Shown piece by piece: positions 1 through 9,168 of a stretch of 35,731 bases of DNA (its first letter is position 1; each line of letters starts with the position of its first letter). A program made the translations under genes and the position numbers. This stretch comes from Rubrobacter sp. (lineage in GTDB: Bacteria > Actinomycetota > Rubrobacteria > Rubrobacterales > Rubrobacteraceae): positions 1-35,731 of the forward strand of contig DASTKM010000327.1 in NCBI GenBank assembly GCA_035715885.1, given 5' to 3'. A model generated the notes under the pieces. The model had not been told where the DNA came from and ran no database searches. It worked only from the letters and a program-made list of their open reading frames with translations.

Positions 1-312
1 AACAAGATGATGCAGCAGGTTCAGCAGATGCAGCAGCAGATGCAGCAGGCTCAGGAGGAGCTCGCGAACGAGACAGTTACCGCGAGCGCCGGCGGTGGGG
101 CTGTGAAGGCGACGATGACCGGCAGCATGGAGCTCGTCTCCATCGAGATAGACCCTGAGGTGGTAGATCCCGAAGACGTCGAGATGTTGCAGGATATGGT
201 GCTGGCCGCCGTCAACGAAGCGATGACGAGCTCCCAGGAGCTGGCCAACAAGAAGCTTGGTGGGATCACCGGCGGCCTCGGGGACCTGGGCCTGAACCTT
301 CCGGGTCTGTAA
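1..312 (+). CDS. ybaB: YbaB/EbfC nucleoid-associated protein (probably 5'-truncated by the window edge)
   Basis: Q/M-rich N-terminus, AGGGAVKATMTG, IDPEVVDPEDVEMLQDMVLAAVNEA; directly upstream of recR. The frame is open from base 1. Confidence 0.93.
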   Translation, partial: NKMMQQVQQMQQQMQQAQEELANETVTASAGGGAVKATMTGSMELVSIEIDPEVVDPEDVEMLQDMVLAAVNEAMTSSQELANKKLGGITGGLGDLGLNLPGL

Positions 313-319
313 GGGCTCT

Positions 320-919
320 TTGGCGACCTACGCAAGGCCGGTAGAGAGGCTCATTACAGAGCTCTCCAAACTGCCCTCCATCGGGCCGAGGAGCGCGCAG
401 CGCATCGCCTTCCACGTAATCAGGGGTAAGAAAGAGGACGCTATAGGGCTCGCCCAGGCGCTGCAGGAGGTCAAGGAGAAGATCAAACCGTGCAGGCGCT
501 GCTTCAACCTGACCGAGGCCGATGAGTGTGAGATCTGCCGCGATGCCCGTCGGGACGGGGCCGTGATCTGCGTCGTGGAAGACCCCTACGATATCGGTCC
601 AATAGAACGGACCAACGAGTACCGAGGCCTCTACCACGTCCTCGGCGGGGCCCTGTCTCCGTTGGACGGGATCGAACCCGAGGACCTGCGAATAGCCGAG
701 CTTCTGGAGCGGGTCCGAAATGAAGGCACCTCAGAGCTGGTCATCGCGACCAACCCGAACACCACGGGCGAGGCGACCGCACTGTTTATCGCGCAGGAGG
801 TGAAGGACCTGCCTGTCAGGGTTACGGCGCTCGCGAGCGGCCTGCCCGTCGGTGGCGACCTCGAGTACGCCGACGAAGTGACCCTCGGAAGGGCCTTCGC
901 CGCAAGGCGTGAGCTGTAG
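320..919 (+). CDS. recR: Recombination mediator RecR
   Basis: HhH motif LPSIGPRSAQRIAF, C4 zinc finger CRRC..CEIC, TOPRIM region (ICVVED, YHVLGGALSPLDG), GLPVGGDLEYADEVTL; TTG start. Confidence 0.97.
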   Translation: MATYARPVERLITELSKLPSIGPRSAQRIAFHVIRGKKEDAIGLAQALQEVKEKIKPCRRCFNLTEADECEICRDARRDGAVICVVEDPYDIGPIERTNEYRGLYHVLGGALSPLDGIEPEDLRIAELLERVRNEGTSELVIATNPNTTGEATALFIAQEVKDLPVRVTALASGLPVGGDLEYADEVTLGRAFAARREL

Positions 920-1010
920 GCGATTTTTGGAAGTCCACTTCCCGAAACAGCGCCGTCAGGCTTCAGCTATCGACTTTTCTGGTTCGTGCCGATAGCTTTG
1001 CAGAAGGTTC

Positions 1011-3293
1011 ATGACTGAGACACAGGCGAAAAGCTCTCTGGCCGGGATGAGCCGCAGGGCGGTCGAGGCTCTTGGGGATACTGTGGCGAGCCTCCCGCAG
1101 CGGGAAGCGACGCTTGTGAATTTCCCCGACCTCCGGCCGGAGTTGTCCGAGGCTTTGCGTAAGATGGGCGCCTCCAGGTTGTACTCGCATCAGTTGGAGG
1201 CCTACGAGCGGGTACGGGCCGGTGAGAACGTCGTCGTCGCGACGGCGACGGCGAGCGGGAAATCGCTATGCTACAAGATCCCGGCCTTCCAGAACGCGCT
1301 GGGCCGGGCGAAGAGCCGCGCTGTCTTCCTCTATCCGACGAAGGCTCTGGCCCAGGACCAGTTAGGCAAGATCAAGGCCTTCGACCTGCGCGGCGTCCAT
1401 CCTGCGACCTACGACGGCGACACGCCGCACGCCCTCCGCGCGGACATCAGGCGCAGGGCGAACATCCTGCTGACCAACCCTGACATGCTGAACATCGGCA
1501 TCCTGCCCAACCACGAGCCTTGGGCCGACTACCTGCGCAACCTGGAGATAGTGGCCGTCGACGAGGCGCACGTCCTGCGCGGCGTATTCGGGTCGCACGT
1601 GGCTGCCGTACTGAGGCGGCTGAGGCGGGTGGCGATGTTGCACGGTGGAGATCCCCGTTTCGTACTCACGAGCGCCACGATAGCCAACCCGCAGGAGCTC
1701 GCCGAGAGTCTCACTGGCCTGCCTTTCACCCTCGTTGACAGCGACGGCGCTTCCACGGGCGAGCGGCGGGTCATCTTCCGCAACCCTCCCTTGCTCGACA
1801 AGGAGAAGGGGGAGAGGCGGAGTCTTCTGACCGAAGGCGCTCTGGTTTTCGCGAACCTGGTCTCGCAGGGGGTCAGGACCATAGCTTTCGCCAGGACGAG
1901 GAAGGCTGCCGAGCTCATCTACCGCTACGCCGCCGACAGGCTCGGCGTCGAGGGTGCGCGCAGGATCTCCCCATACCGCGCGGGCTACACCCCGAGAGAG
2001 AGAAGAGAGATCGAGGGCCGACTCTTCCGCGGCGACCTTCTCGGCGTCGTCTCCACGAACGCGCTGGAGCTCGGGGTGGACGTGGGGGCGCTGGACGCCG
2101 TAGTCTGCTGCGGCTACCCGGGCAGCGTGGCCTCCATCTGGCAGCAGTGGGGCCGCGCCGGACGCGGCAAGGACCCCGCCCTCGCCGTGTACATCCCCGG
2201 CCGCGACTCTCTCGATCAGTTCCTCTTCGAGAACCCTCCGAGAGTCCTCGGCAGGAGGGTGGAGGCGGCCAGGGTCACGATGGAGAACCCCTACATACTC
2301 GGCCCGCACCTGCTCGCCGCCGCCCACGAGGCACCGCTCGACGCGGACGACGAGGAGTACTTCGGGCCGGCTTACAGGAGCGTGGCGAAGGCGATGATGG
2401 AGGATAGGGCGCTAGCTTCCAGCGGAGGTCGGCTGGTCTACGTCGGCGGGGACAACCCTGCGCGCAACATCTCTCTGCGCTCGGCATCATCCCAGACAGT
2501 GCTCATAGCCGACGGTGAAGGAGAGTTGATCGGGACCGCGGAAGCCACCCGCGCCCCGAGCGAGCTGCATCCGGGCGCGACCTACCTCCACCGCGGGAAC
2601 GCATACGAGGTGGAGAGCCTGGATCTCCGTTCCCACCGCGCCGTCGCTAGGCGCGTCCCCAATCGTTACTACACCAGGCCGCGCGTCGAGACCGCCGTAG
2701 AGGTCCTGGAGGAGATCGAGAAGCGGGACCTCGCGAATGGATCTGTGCTCCACTGGGGCAGGGTTAGGACGACTGACTCCGTCACCTACTTCAAGAAGGT
2801 AAGGGTGGCCGACGACAAGGAGGTCGGGGTCTACCCTTTGGATCTCCCTGACGTGATTCTGGAGACGCAGGCACTCTGGGTCACGCTGCCTCCGCTTCCC
2901 AGAGAAGCTAGACCGAGCTTCGAGAGCTTCGGGGGCGCCCTGCACGCCGGGGAGCACGGTATGATCGGGCTCCTCCCGCTGTTCGCCATGTGCGACCGTG
3001 CAGATATCGGCGGCCTCTCCACGCCTGTCCATCGCCAGAGCCGTCTCCCCACGGTCTTCGTCTACGACGGCTATCCTGGCGGCGTCGGCATCTCTAGGCG
3101 CGGCTTCGATGCCTTCGAGTCGCTCGCCCGTGATACTCTGGGCGTCATCACCCGATGCCCTTGCGAAAGAGGATGCCCCGCGTGCATACAGTCCCCCAAG
3201 TGCGGCAACTGGAACGAGCCCCTGAGCAAGGATGGGGCAGTTAGTCTCCTCAGGTACGTGCTCGGACAGACGGCCCGCTACCCGACCCTGTGA
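1011..3293 (+). CDS. DEAH-box SF2 helicase with C-terminal DUF1998/Zn-binding domain (MrfA/Hrq1/SftH-like)
   Basis: LYSHQ, ATASGKS (Walker A), YPTKALAQDQ, DEAH, SAT, TNALELGVD, QQWGRAGR; C-terminal MCD...YDGYPGGVG...CPCERGCPACIQSPKCGN. Confidence 0.92.
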   Translation: MTETQAKSSLAGMSRRAVEALGDTVASLPQREATLVNFPDLRPELSEALRKMGASRLYSHQLEAYERVRAGENVVVATATASGKSLCYKIPAFQNALGRAKSRAVFLYPTKALAQDQLGKIKAFDLRGVHPATYDGDTPHALRADIRRRANILLTNPDMLNIGILPNHEPWADYLRNLEIVAVDEAHVLRGVFGSHVAAVLRRLRRVAMLHGGDPRFVLTSATIANPQELAESLTGLPFTLVDSDGASTGERRVIFRNPPLLDKEKGERRSLLTEGALVFANLVSQGVRTIAFARTRKAAELIYRYAADRLGVEGARRISPYRAGYTPRERREIEGRLFRGDLLGVVSTNALELGVDVGALDAVVCCGYPGSVASIWQQWGRAGRGKDPALAVYIPGRDSLDQFLFENPPRVLGRRVEAARVTMENPYILGPHLLAAAHEAPLDADDEEYFGPAYRSVAKAMMEDRALASSGGRLVYVGGDNPARNISLRSASSQTVLIADGEGELIGTAEATRAPSELHPGATYLHRGNAYEVESLDLRSHRAVARRVPNRYYTRPRVETAVEVLEEIEKRDLANGSVLHWGRVRTTDSVTYFKKVRVADDKEVGVYPLDLPDVILETQALWVTLPPLPREARPSFESFGGALHAGEHGMIGLLPLFAMCDRADIGGLSTPVHRQSRLPTVFVYDGYPGGVGISRRGFDAFESLARDTLGVITRCPCERGCPACIQSPKCGNWNEPLSKDGAVSLLRYVLGQTARYPTL

Positions 3294-3751
3294 GAGGCAC
3301 GCCTTACGTGGCCGTTGTTGGATCAGGCGTAGCCAAGGATGAACTCTACGAGAAGGCGCACGAGGTCGGTAGGCTAATCGCCGAGAGGGGCGCAACCGTC
3401 GTCTGTGGCGGACTCTCGGGCGTGATGGAGGCCGCAGCCCGGGGGGCCACCGAGGCCGGTGGCACAGCTATAGGCATCCTGCCCGACGAGGACCGGCGGA
3501 GGCAGAACGAGTATCTTACGTACTCTGTGGCCACGGGCGCGGGGCAGGCGCGGAACCTCGCCGTGGTGTGCTCCGGGGACGTGGTCATCGCCATAGGTGG
3601 CGAGTACGGGACGCTCTCTGAGATAGGGCTCGCCAGAAAGGTCGGGCGACCAGTGGTGGTCCTGGAAGGTTGGGATCTCGGTGAGCACGTGTCGGTGGCG
3701 TCGTCACCGCAGGGCGCCGTCGAGGAGGCGTTCGGGCTTATCGGTAGATAG
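3290..3751 (+). CDS. TIGR00725-family Rossmann-fold protein (LOG/SLOG superfamily)
   Basis: VAVVGS, VVCGGLSGVMEAAARGA, GQARN, IGGEYGTLSEI; GTGA overlap with the helicase stop. Confidence 0.88.
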   Translation: MRGTPYVAVVGSGVAKDELYEKAHEVGRLIAERGATVVCGGLSGVMEAAARGATEAGGTAIGILPDEDRRRQNEYLTYSVATGAGQARNLAVVCSGDVVIAIGGEYGTLSEIGLARKVGRPVVVLEGWDLGEHVSVASSPQGAVEEAFGLIGR

Positions 3752-3801
3752 GAACGCGAGCGAAATGAGGTCGGAGATACATAAGATCGGGAGGTCGAAC
3801 A

Positions 3802-4497
3802 ATGGATAGTGGGCAGGTCGCGCTTGTAAGCGGGGGAAACCGGGGAATCGGGCTGGAGGTCTGCCGCCAGCTCGCCGAGCGTAGCTACACGGTCGTCATG
3901 GGCTCCCGCGACGATAAACAGGGCAGGGCCGCAGCAGCGGGACTTCCTTACGGCGTGATCGTCCGGCAACTTGACGTAGCAGACCCCGAGAGTGTCGAAC
4001 GGCTCTCGCGCTCCATCGAGGAGGAGTTTGGACGGCTCGACATCCTGGTGAACAATGCCGGTATCTCCAACGACGAGGGCCAGCGAGGCGTGGATGCGGA
4101 CCTCGACCGGGTGAAGGAGAGTCTGGAGGCGAACCTGTTCGGGGCCTGGCGCCTGTGCGAGATGGCCATCCCACTCATGCGGCGCAACGGCTACGGACGC
4201 ATCGTCAATGTCTCGACGGGACTCGCTGCCCTGGAAGACATGGGAGGCGGCTCCCCAGGGTACCGCATCTCGAAGACCGCCCTCAACGCCCTGACGCGCA
4301 TCCTCGCCTCAGAGCTGCGCGGGAGCGGCATCCTGGTCAACGCTGTCAACCCTGGATGGGTGCAGACCGATATGGGTGGCTCGGGCGCCACGCGCTCCGT
4401 CGAGGAAGGCGCAGAAGCCCTCGTCTGGGCGGCGACGCTACCAAACAGCGGCCCTACCGGCGGCTTCTTCCAGGACCGCCGCCCGGTACCCTGGTGA
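3802..4497 (+). CDS. Short-chain dehydrogenase/reductase (carbonyl reductase-like)
   Basis: SGGNRGIG, NNAG, catalytic YRISK, NPGWVQTDMGG; GGAGG RBS. Confidence 0.93.
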   Translation: MDSGQVALVSGGNRGIGLEVCRQLAERSYTVVMGSRDDKQGRAAAAGLPYGVIVRQLDVADPESVERLSRSIEEEFGRLDILVNNAGISNDEGQRGVDADLDRVKESLEANLFGAWRLCEMAIPLMRRNGYGRIVNVSTGLAALEDMGGGSPGYRISKTALNALTRILASELRGSGILVNAVNPGWVQTDMGGSGATRSVEEGAEALVWAATLPNSGPTGGFFQDRRPVPW

Positions 4498-4520
4498 CCA
4501 CGCTCGCCACGCCCCAGTGG

Positions 4521-6242
4521 TCAGTGGATCTCGGGTTCTGCTACAGGCGGTCCCTCTGCGAGGAAATCGAAGTCGCATCCTTCGTTGGCCTGGGTCGCGT
4601 GCCTGGCGAAGATGACCCCGTAGCCCCGACCGTATGGCGGTTGGGGTGGTCTCCACGCGGTGCGGCGACGCGATAGTTCTCCCGCTCCCACTTTGAGTTC
4701 CAGGCGCCGATTCGGGACGTCGAGCTCGATTTCGTCTCCCTCTCTCACGAGGGCGAGCGGGCCTCCGACGTGTGACTCGGGGGCGACGTGGAGCACGCAG
4801 GTGCCGTAGGCGGTGCCGCTCATGCGGGCGTCGGAGATGCGCACCATGTCCCTTACTCCCCTTTCGAGCAGCTTTTTGGGGATGGGTAGCAATCCCCACT
4901 CCGGCATGCCGGGGGCCCCGATGGGGCCGACCCCCCTTAGAACGATCACGGAGTCTGCGTCTACCTCGAGGTTCGGGTCGTCTATGCGCCTGGCGAGGTC
5001 GTCGTAGCCGTCGAAGACCACGGCCGGTCCCTTATGCCTGAGCATCCCTGGGTCTGCGGCAGAGTGCTTTATGACGCAGCCATCGGGGGCCAGATTGCCG
5101 CGCAACACGGCGAGTCCGCCCTCATACTGCAGGGGGTCGTCGAGCGGTCTGATGACCTCGTCTTTGTAGACGCCGGTGAGTGTCTCGCCCATGGCGTGAC
5201 CGCCAACGGTGGCACGGTCGAGGTGGAGCATCTCCGCGAGGCGGGAGAGTAAGCCGCGTAGGCCGCCGGCGTAATAGAAGTCCTCCATCAGGTACTCGCC
5301 GCCCGGGCGTATGTTGGCGAGGACGGGTACGCGGCGTGAGATCTCGTCGAAGCGTGCGAGGTCCATGGGTACGCCGCTGCGGCGGGCCAGGGCGATGAGA
5401 TGGATCACGGCGTTGGTAGAGCCGCCGAGGGCCATCACGGCCGTCACGGCGTCCTCGTAGGAGTGGCCGTCCAGGATGTCCGAGGGCTTGAGGTCATCCC
5501 AGACCATCTCGACGATCCTGCGCCCGCTCGACGAGGCCATCCTGGGGTGACCAGAGTCGGCGGCGGGTATGGAGGAGGCTCCCGGGAGGGTCATGCCGAG
5601 GACCTCGGCGACGGCGGTCATGGTCGAGGCTGTTCCCATGGTCATGCAGTGGCCCGGCGAGCGGGCGATACCGTCTTCTATCTCTTCCCACACGCATTCT
5701 CCGATGGTGCCCGCGCGCTTCTCGTCCCAATACTTCCACACGTCACTGCCGCTTCCTAGAGTGCTGCCGCGCCAGTTGCCGCGCAGCATCGGTCCTGCGG
5801 GGACGAAGATGGCCGGCAGGTTCATCGTGATCGCACCCATAAGCAGGGCCGGTGTGGTCTTGTCGCAACCGCCCATCAACACCGTGCCGTCTATGGGATA
5901 AGAGCGCAAGAGCTCCTCTGTCTCCATGGCGAGGAAGTTCCTGTAGAGCATCGTCGAGGGTTTCTGGAACGGCTCGGAGAGTGACATGGCGGGCAGCTCG
6001 ACCGGGAACCCACCGGCCTGCCAGACACCCCGTTTGACCTCCTCGGCCCTCTGGCGGAAGTGGGCGTGGCAGGGGTTTATGTCACTCCAGGTGTTGATGA
6101 TCCCGACGACCGGCTTCCCGCTGTAGTCCTCCGCGGCGTAGCCCATCTGTTTGGTCCGCGAGCGGTGGCCGAAGGAGCGCAGGTCGCGCACCCCGTACCA
6201 GCGGTGGCTGCGCAGCTCTTCGGCCCTTCTCTTCCGGTTCAT
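4521..6242 (-). CDS. araD: IlvD/Edd-family [2Fe-2S] dehydratase, L-arabinonate/sugar-acid dehydratase subgroup
   Basis: RSFGHRSR, NPCH, GGCDKT, GHCMTMGTAST, GGSTN, SDARMSGT and C-terminal EPEIH, typical of pentonate dehydratases. The exact substrate is uncertain. Confidence 0.8.
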   Translation of the reverse strand: MNRKRRAEELRSHRWYGVRDLRSFGHRSRTKQMGYAAEDYSGKPVVGIINTWSDINPCHAHFRQRAEEVKRGVWQAGGFPVELPAMSLSEPFQKPSTMLYRNFLAMETEELLRSYPIDGTVLMGGCDKTTPALLMGAITMNLPAIFVPAGPMLRGNWRGSTLGSGSDVWKYWDEKRAGTIGECVWEEIEDGIARSPGHCMTMGTASTMTAVAEVLGMTLPGASSIPAADSGHPRMASSSGRRIVEMVWDDLKPSDILDGHSYEDAVTAVMALGGSTNAVIHLIALARRSGVPMDLARFDEISRRVPVLANIRPGGEYLMEDFYYAGGLRGLLSRLAEMLHLDRATVGGHAMGETLTGVYKDEVIRPLDDPLQYEGGLAVLRGNLAPDGCVIKHSAADPGMLRHKGPAVVFDGYDDLARRIDDPNLEVDADSVIVLRGVGPIGAPGMPEWGLLPIPKKLLERGVRDMVRISDARMSGTAYGTCVLHVAPESHVGGPLALVREGDEIELDVPNRRLELKVGAGELSRRRTAWRPPQPPYGRGYGVIFARHATQANEGCDFDFLAEGPPVAEPEIH

Positions 6243-6413
6243 GTTCTCCCTTCCACCGATCGTCCATGCGCGCAGGCGGCGACATGATTCCCGAGACGCT
6301 CCATTTTCATTCTACCCTCGGCATCAGGTACCGTCCTTCAGGAAGCACGTAGACACGTAGTCTGAATCGATGCTTTCAAGGGCATTCATCTGCCGCGAAT
6401 CGCACATTCGATG

Positions 6414-6481
6414 ACTAGCCGTTCTTCCGGGCGAAAACTAGCCGTACGGGTGATGCCCGTCTTCCGGAGCAGGGATAGAGT
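6414..6481 (+). promoter_or_regulatory. Putative LuxR/NarL-type operator array and activated promoter of the protease operon
   Basis: ACTAGCCGT repeated at 6414-6422 and 6437-6445 (23-bp period); full site AAACTAGCCGTACGGGTGATG at 6435-6455; candidate -10 TAGAGT at 6476-6481. Confidence 0.65.
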
Positions 6482-6514
6482 ATCCGTGTACACCAACAGG
6501 ATCAGGAGAGAACC

Positions 6515-7417
6515 ATGGAGCACACGGATACTTTGGCCGCCCTGTCGGACGGCATGGCAGATGCGGTAGAGAGAGTGGCGACGTCGGTTGTGCGGGTGAA
6601 CGGACGGAGGCGTCGTTCTGGGAGCGGCGTGGTCTTTGCGCAGAACAAGGTGCTGACGGCGAGCCACGTGCTCGAGCGCGAGGAAGACCTCTCGGTAGAG
6701 ACCGTCGGCGGAAGAACCCTGACGGCGCGGTTCGCGGGGAGGGACCACTCCACGGACCTGGCGGTGCTGGACGTGGAGGGCCTTGACGTCGACCCCGCGG
6801 CGCCAGCGGAAGGAGAAGCCAGGGTCGGCCAGATCTCGCTGGCCGTGGGCAGCCACTCCCGCGGCGAAGGGCCGAGGGCCACCCTGGGGGTGGTTAGCGC
6901 CGTCGGAGGCCCTGTGCGCACCAGGCGGGGACCGAGGCTAGAACGTTACATACAGACCGACGCGACACCTTACCCCGGTTTCTCGGGAGGGCCACTCATC
7001 GACGTGCGGGGGAACGTACTGGGCATCCTGGTCTCGGGCTGGGGACGTGGCGCGGCGTTCGCCATACCTGCCGACCTGGCCTGGCGTACCGCGGGGACGC
7101 TCTCGGAGCGGGGCTCCGTCAAGCGCGGATACCTCGGCATCCTGAGCCAGCCGGTGCGCCTCCCCGACGGACAGCGGCTCGGCCTCTCGCAAAGGGGCGG
7201 ATTGCTGGTCGTAGGCGTGGAGGACGGCAGTCCCGCGGGGCGTGGCGGCCTCATCGTAGGCGACATCCTGGCGACGCTGGACGGACAGCCCGTCGAGGAC
7301 ACCGACGACCTGCTCGTGCTGCTGGCCGGAGACAGGGTCGGCCGTCCTGTACCCGTCGGGGTCGTGCGCGGCGGCGAGCTCGCGGAGATCGAGATCACCG
7401 TGGGCGAGCGCGGTTAG
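6515..7417 (+). CDS. S1C (HtrA/DegP-like) trypsin-fold serine protease with one PDZ domain, no signal peptide
   Basis: GSGVV, TASHV (His), TDLAVL (Asp), YPGFSGGPL (Ser), RGYLGI PDZ start, GSPAGRGGLIVGDI; AGGAG RBS. Confidence 0.9.
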   Translation: MEHTDTLAALSDGMADAVERVATSVVRVNGRRRRSGSGVVFAQNKVLTASHVLEREEDLSVETVGGRTLTARFAGRDHSTDLAVLDVEGLDVDPAAPAEGEARVGQISLAVGSHSRGEGPRATLGVVSAVGGPVRTRRGPRLERYIQTDATPYPGFSGGPLIDVRGNVLGILVSGWGRGAAFAIPADLAWRTAGTLSERGSVKRGYLGILSQPVRLPDGQRLGLSQRGGLLVVGVEDGSPAGRGGLIVGDILATLDGQPVEDTDDLLVLLAGDRVGRPVPVGVVRGGELAEIEITVGERG

Positions 7418-7428
7418 GAGTTCGGGAG

Positions 7429-8313
7429 ATGGCCGAATTGTCCTCAGACTCCTCCGCCGTCCGGATGATAGAGGACGTACAGAGGAGCGTCGTACAGGTA
7501 CGAAGTAGCGGCCGGGGTATCGGCGCCGGTGTGATCTGGCCAGGCGACGGCCTCGTCCTGACGAACCATCATGTGATCTCAGGACGACGCAGGAGAGGCA
7601 ACATCAGGGTGGCTCTCCACGACGGCCGGACGCTCGACGCCGATGTAGTAAAGAGCGGCCGGAGGTTGGACCTCGCGCTGCTCAGGTTAGAGGGCGACCA
7701 CGGAGACCTGCCGCCTGCCCCCGTCGGGGACTCTGACGCCCTGCGCGTCGGCGAACTGGTCTACGCTATCGGGCATCCCTGGGGCCGGGTGGGGGCCGTG
7801 AGCGCCGGCATCGTTGGCGGAGTCGGCGAAGTTCGCGGGCAAGGCCGGAGTTCCTCCACGCGCTACGTACGGTCGGACGTTGCCCTCGCGCCGGGAAATT
7901 CGGGCGGACCGCTCCTGAACGCAAGGGGTGAGGTCGTCGCCATCAACGCTATGATATTCGGCCTTATGGCGCTCTCTATCCCAAGCAACGCGGCGCAGGC
8001 CTGGGTCGCCGGAGAACGCCGTCCGAGGCTCGGTATCGGGGTCTTGCCCGTCGAGGTGCCCGTATCTCTGCGCCGGGAAGCCGGACCTGCCGGGCTCGTG
8101 ATCGCTGGCGTCGAGACAGGTGGCGCTGCCGACAGGGCCGGCCTGCTGGTCGGCGATGTCTTGCTCGCCATCGCCGGGAAGCCGCTCGGGGAGGCAGGGA
8201 CCTTGTTGGAGACCGTGGCGCACGCAGGTGATGTTGTCTCCTTGCGGGTCATGCGCGGCGGTAAAATCATGGTCATGGAAGTGCGTCTGGAAGAGTCGGG
8301 GCGCGCCGCATGA
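7429..8313 (+). CDS. Second S1C serine protease with PDZ domain, no signal peptide
   Basis: GAGVIW, LTNHHV, DLALL, IGHPWG, PGNSGGPL, RPRLGI, AGLLVGDV. Confidence 0.9.
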   Translation: MAELSSDSSAVRMIEDVQRSVVQVRSSGRGIGAGVIWPGDGLVLTNHHVISGRRRRGNIRVALHDGRTLDADVVKSGRRLDLALLRLEGDHGDLPPAPVGDSDALRVGELVYAIGHPWGRVGAVSAGIVGGVGEVRGQGRSSSTRYVRSDVALAPGNSGGPLLNARGEVVAINAMIFGLMALSIPSNAAQAWVAGERRPRLGIGVLPVEVPVSLRREAGPAGLVIAGVETGGAADRAGLLVGDVLLAIAGKPLGEAGTLLETVAHAGDVVSLRVMRGGKIMVMEVRLEESGRAA

Positions 8314-8936
8314 CGCATACGCGGGTGTTCGTCGTGGCCCCCACGCCAACCATGCGGGCGGGGCTTCGTTCGATGCTCGCGGCCGTCGAGGCCGCCGACT
8401 TGCTGGTGGTCGGCGAGGCCGGTCTGGCCGCCGGGCCCGTTCCCCCGCTCTCTGGTGCCGACGTGGTGCTCGTGGCTGACGAGGAGTTGCTCGAAGAGAC
8501 CGCGCTCTCCGTATCGGAAGACGGTACTCAGTCGCTACTGCTGCTCTCGGAGGACGAGGGCACGGCGTCCAGGCTGCGCACCCTGTCTCTAAGGGGTTGG
8601 GGCGTCGTGCCGCCTGACGCCCCGTCCGAAGAGCTGGGTGCCGCTGTCGCCGCGGTGGCCCAGGGACTGACCGTGCTCCCGAAAACCCTGGCCGAGCGGT
8701 TGTTCGACGAGCCTGCTGCAGCAGTCGAAGAACTCTCAGAGCCACTGACCGCGCGTGAGAGCGAGGTGCTCGGCCTGCTCGGGCGCGGGCTGTCCAACAA
8801 GATGATCGCACGCGAGCTACACATCAGCGAACATACCGTCAAGTTCCACATCTCCTCGATCTACGCCAAGCTGGGGGTGAGCAACCGCGCCGAGGCGGTC
8901 AGTCAGGGCGCGCGACACGGTCTGATCTCTCTTTGA
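8310..8936 (+). CDS. LuxR-family HTH regulator with degenerate (pseudo) receiver domain
   Basis: C-terminal LTARESEVL..GLSNKMIA..ISEHTVKFH..KLG; N-terminal REC-like region lacks the acidic pair and the conserved Lys; ATGA overlap with protease 2. Confidence 0.9.
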   Translation: MTHTRVFVVAPTPTMRAGLRSMLAAVEAADLLVVGEAGLAAGPVPPLSGADVVLVADEELLEETALSVSEDGTQSLLLLSEDEGTASRLRTLSLRGWGVVPPDAPSEELGAAVAAVAQGLTVLPKTLAERLFDEPAAAVEELSEPLTARESEVLGLLGRGLSNKMIARELHISEHTVKFHISSIYAKLGVSNRAEAVSQGARHGLISL

Positions 8937-8939
8937 GAG

Positions 8940-9000
8940 AGCATTTCAGCACGCTCAGGCTTCGCCTTCGCTTGTCAGCACTTCAGCTTGTCAGCCTTTG
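8940..9000. repeat. Degenerate 8-bp tandem repeat (AGCWYKTC-like)
   Basis: agcatttc, agcacgct ... cgcttgtc, agcacttc, agcttgtc, agcctttg. Confidence 0.6.
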
Positions 9001-9168
9001 CTTTCGGTGATCATCGGGCGCTCGGAGGCGAACGCGTGGATTGCTGAGGATCGGTAGCTGTGCAAGTTGGATTGAGCGAACCATCGCTAACGCGTATCTT
9101 CTACTCCCGGTATAGAATGGAGTCGGCCATGCGGGGTGGTGGAAGGCAGGGCAATCTCGGGCTCTCCT

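Noticed and set aside
7-60. CAG-rich repeat at the window start
   Set aside because: Ordinary Gln/Met-rich N-terminus of YbaB.
1011-3293. DUF1998 helicase as part of DISARM, Druantia or Dpd defence
   Set aside because: No methylase, PLD nuclease, SNF2 helicase or dpd genes nearby. Size and context next to recR fit a stand-alone MrfA/Hrq1-type repair helicase.
6414-6467. CRISPR-like or insertion-sequence repeats
   Set aside because: Repeats are only 9-12 bp in two copies, with no spacers, cas genes or transposase; better explained as operator sites.
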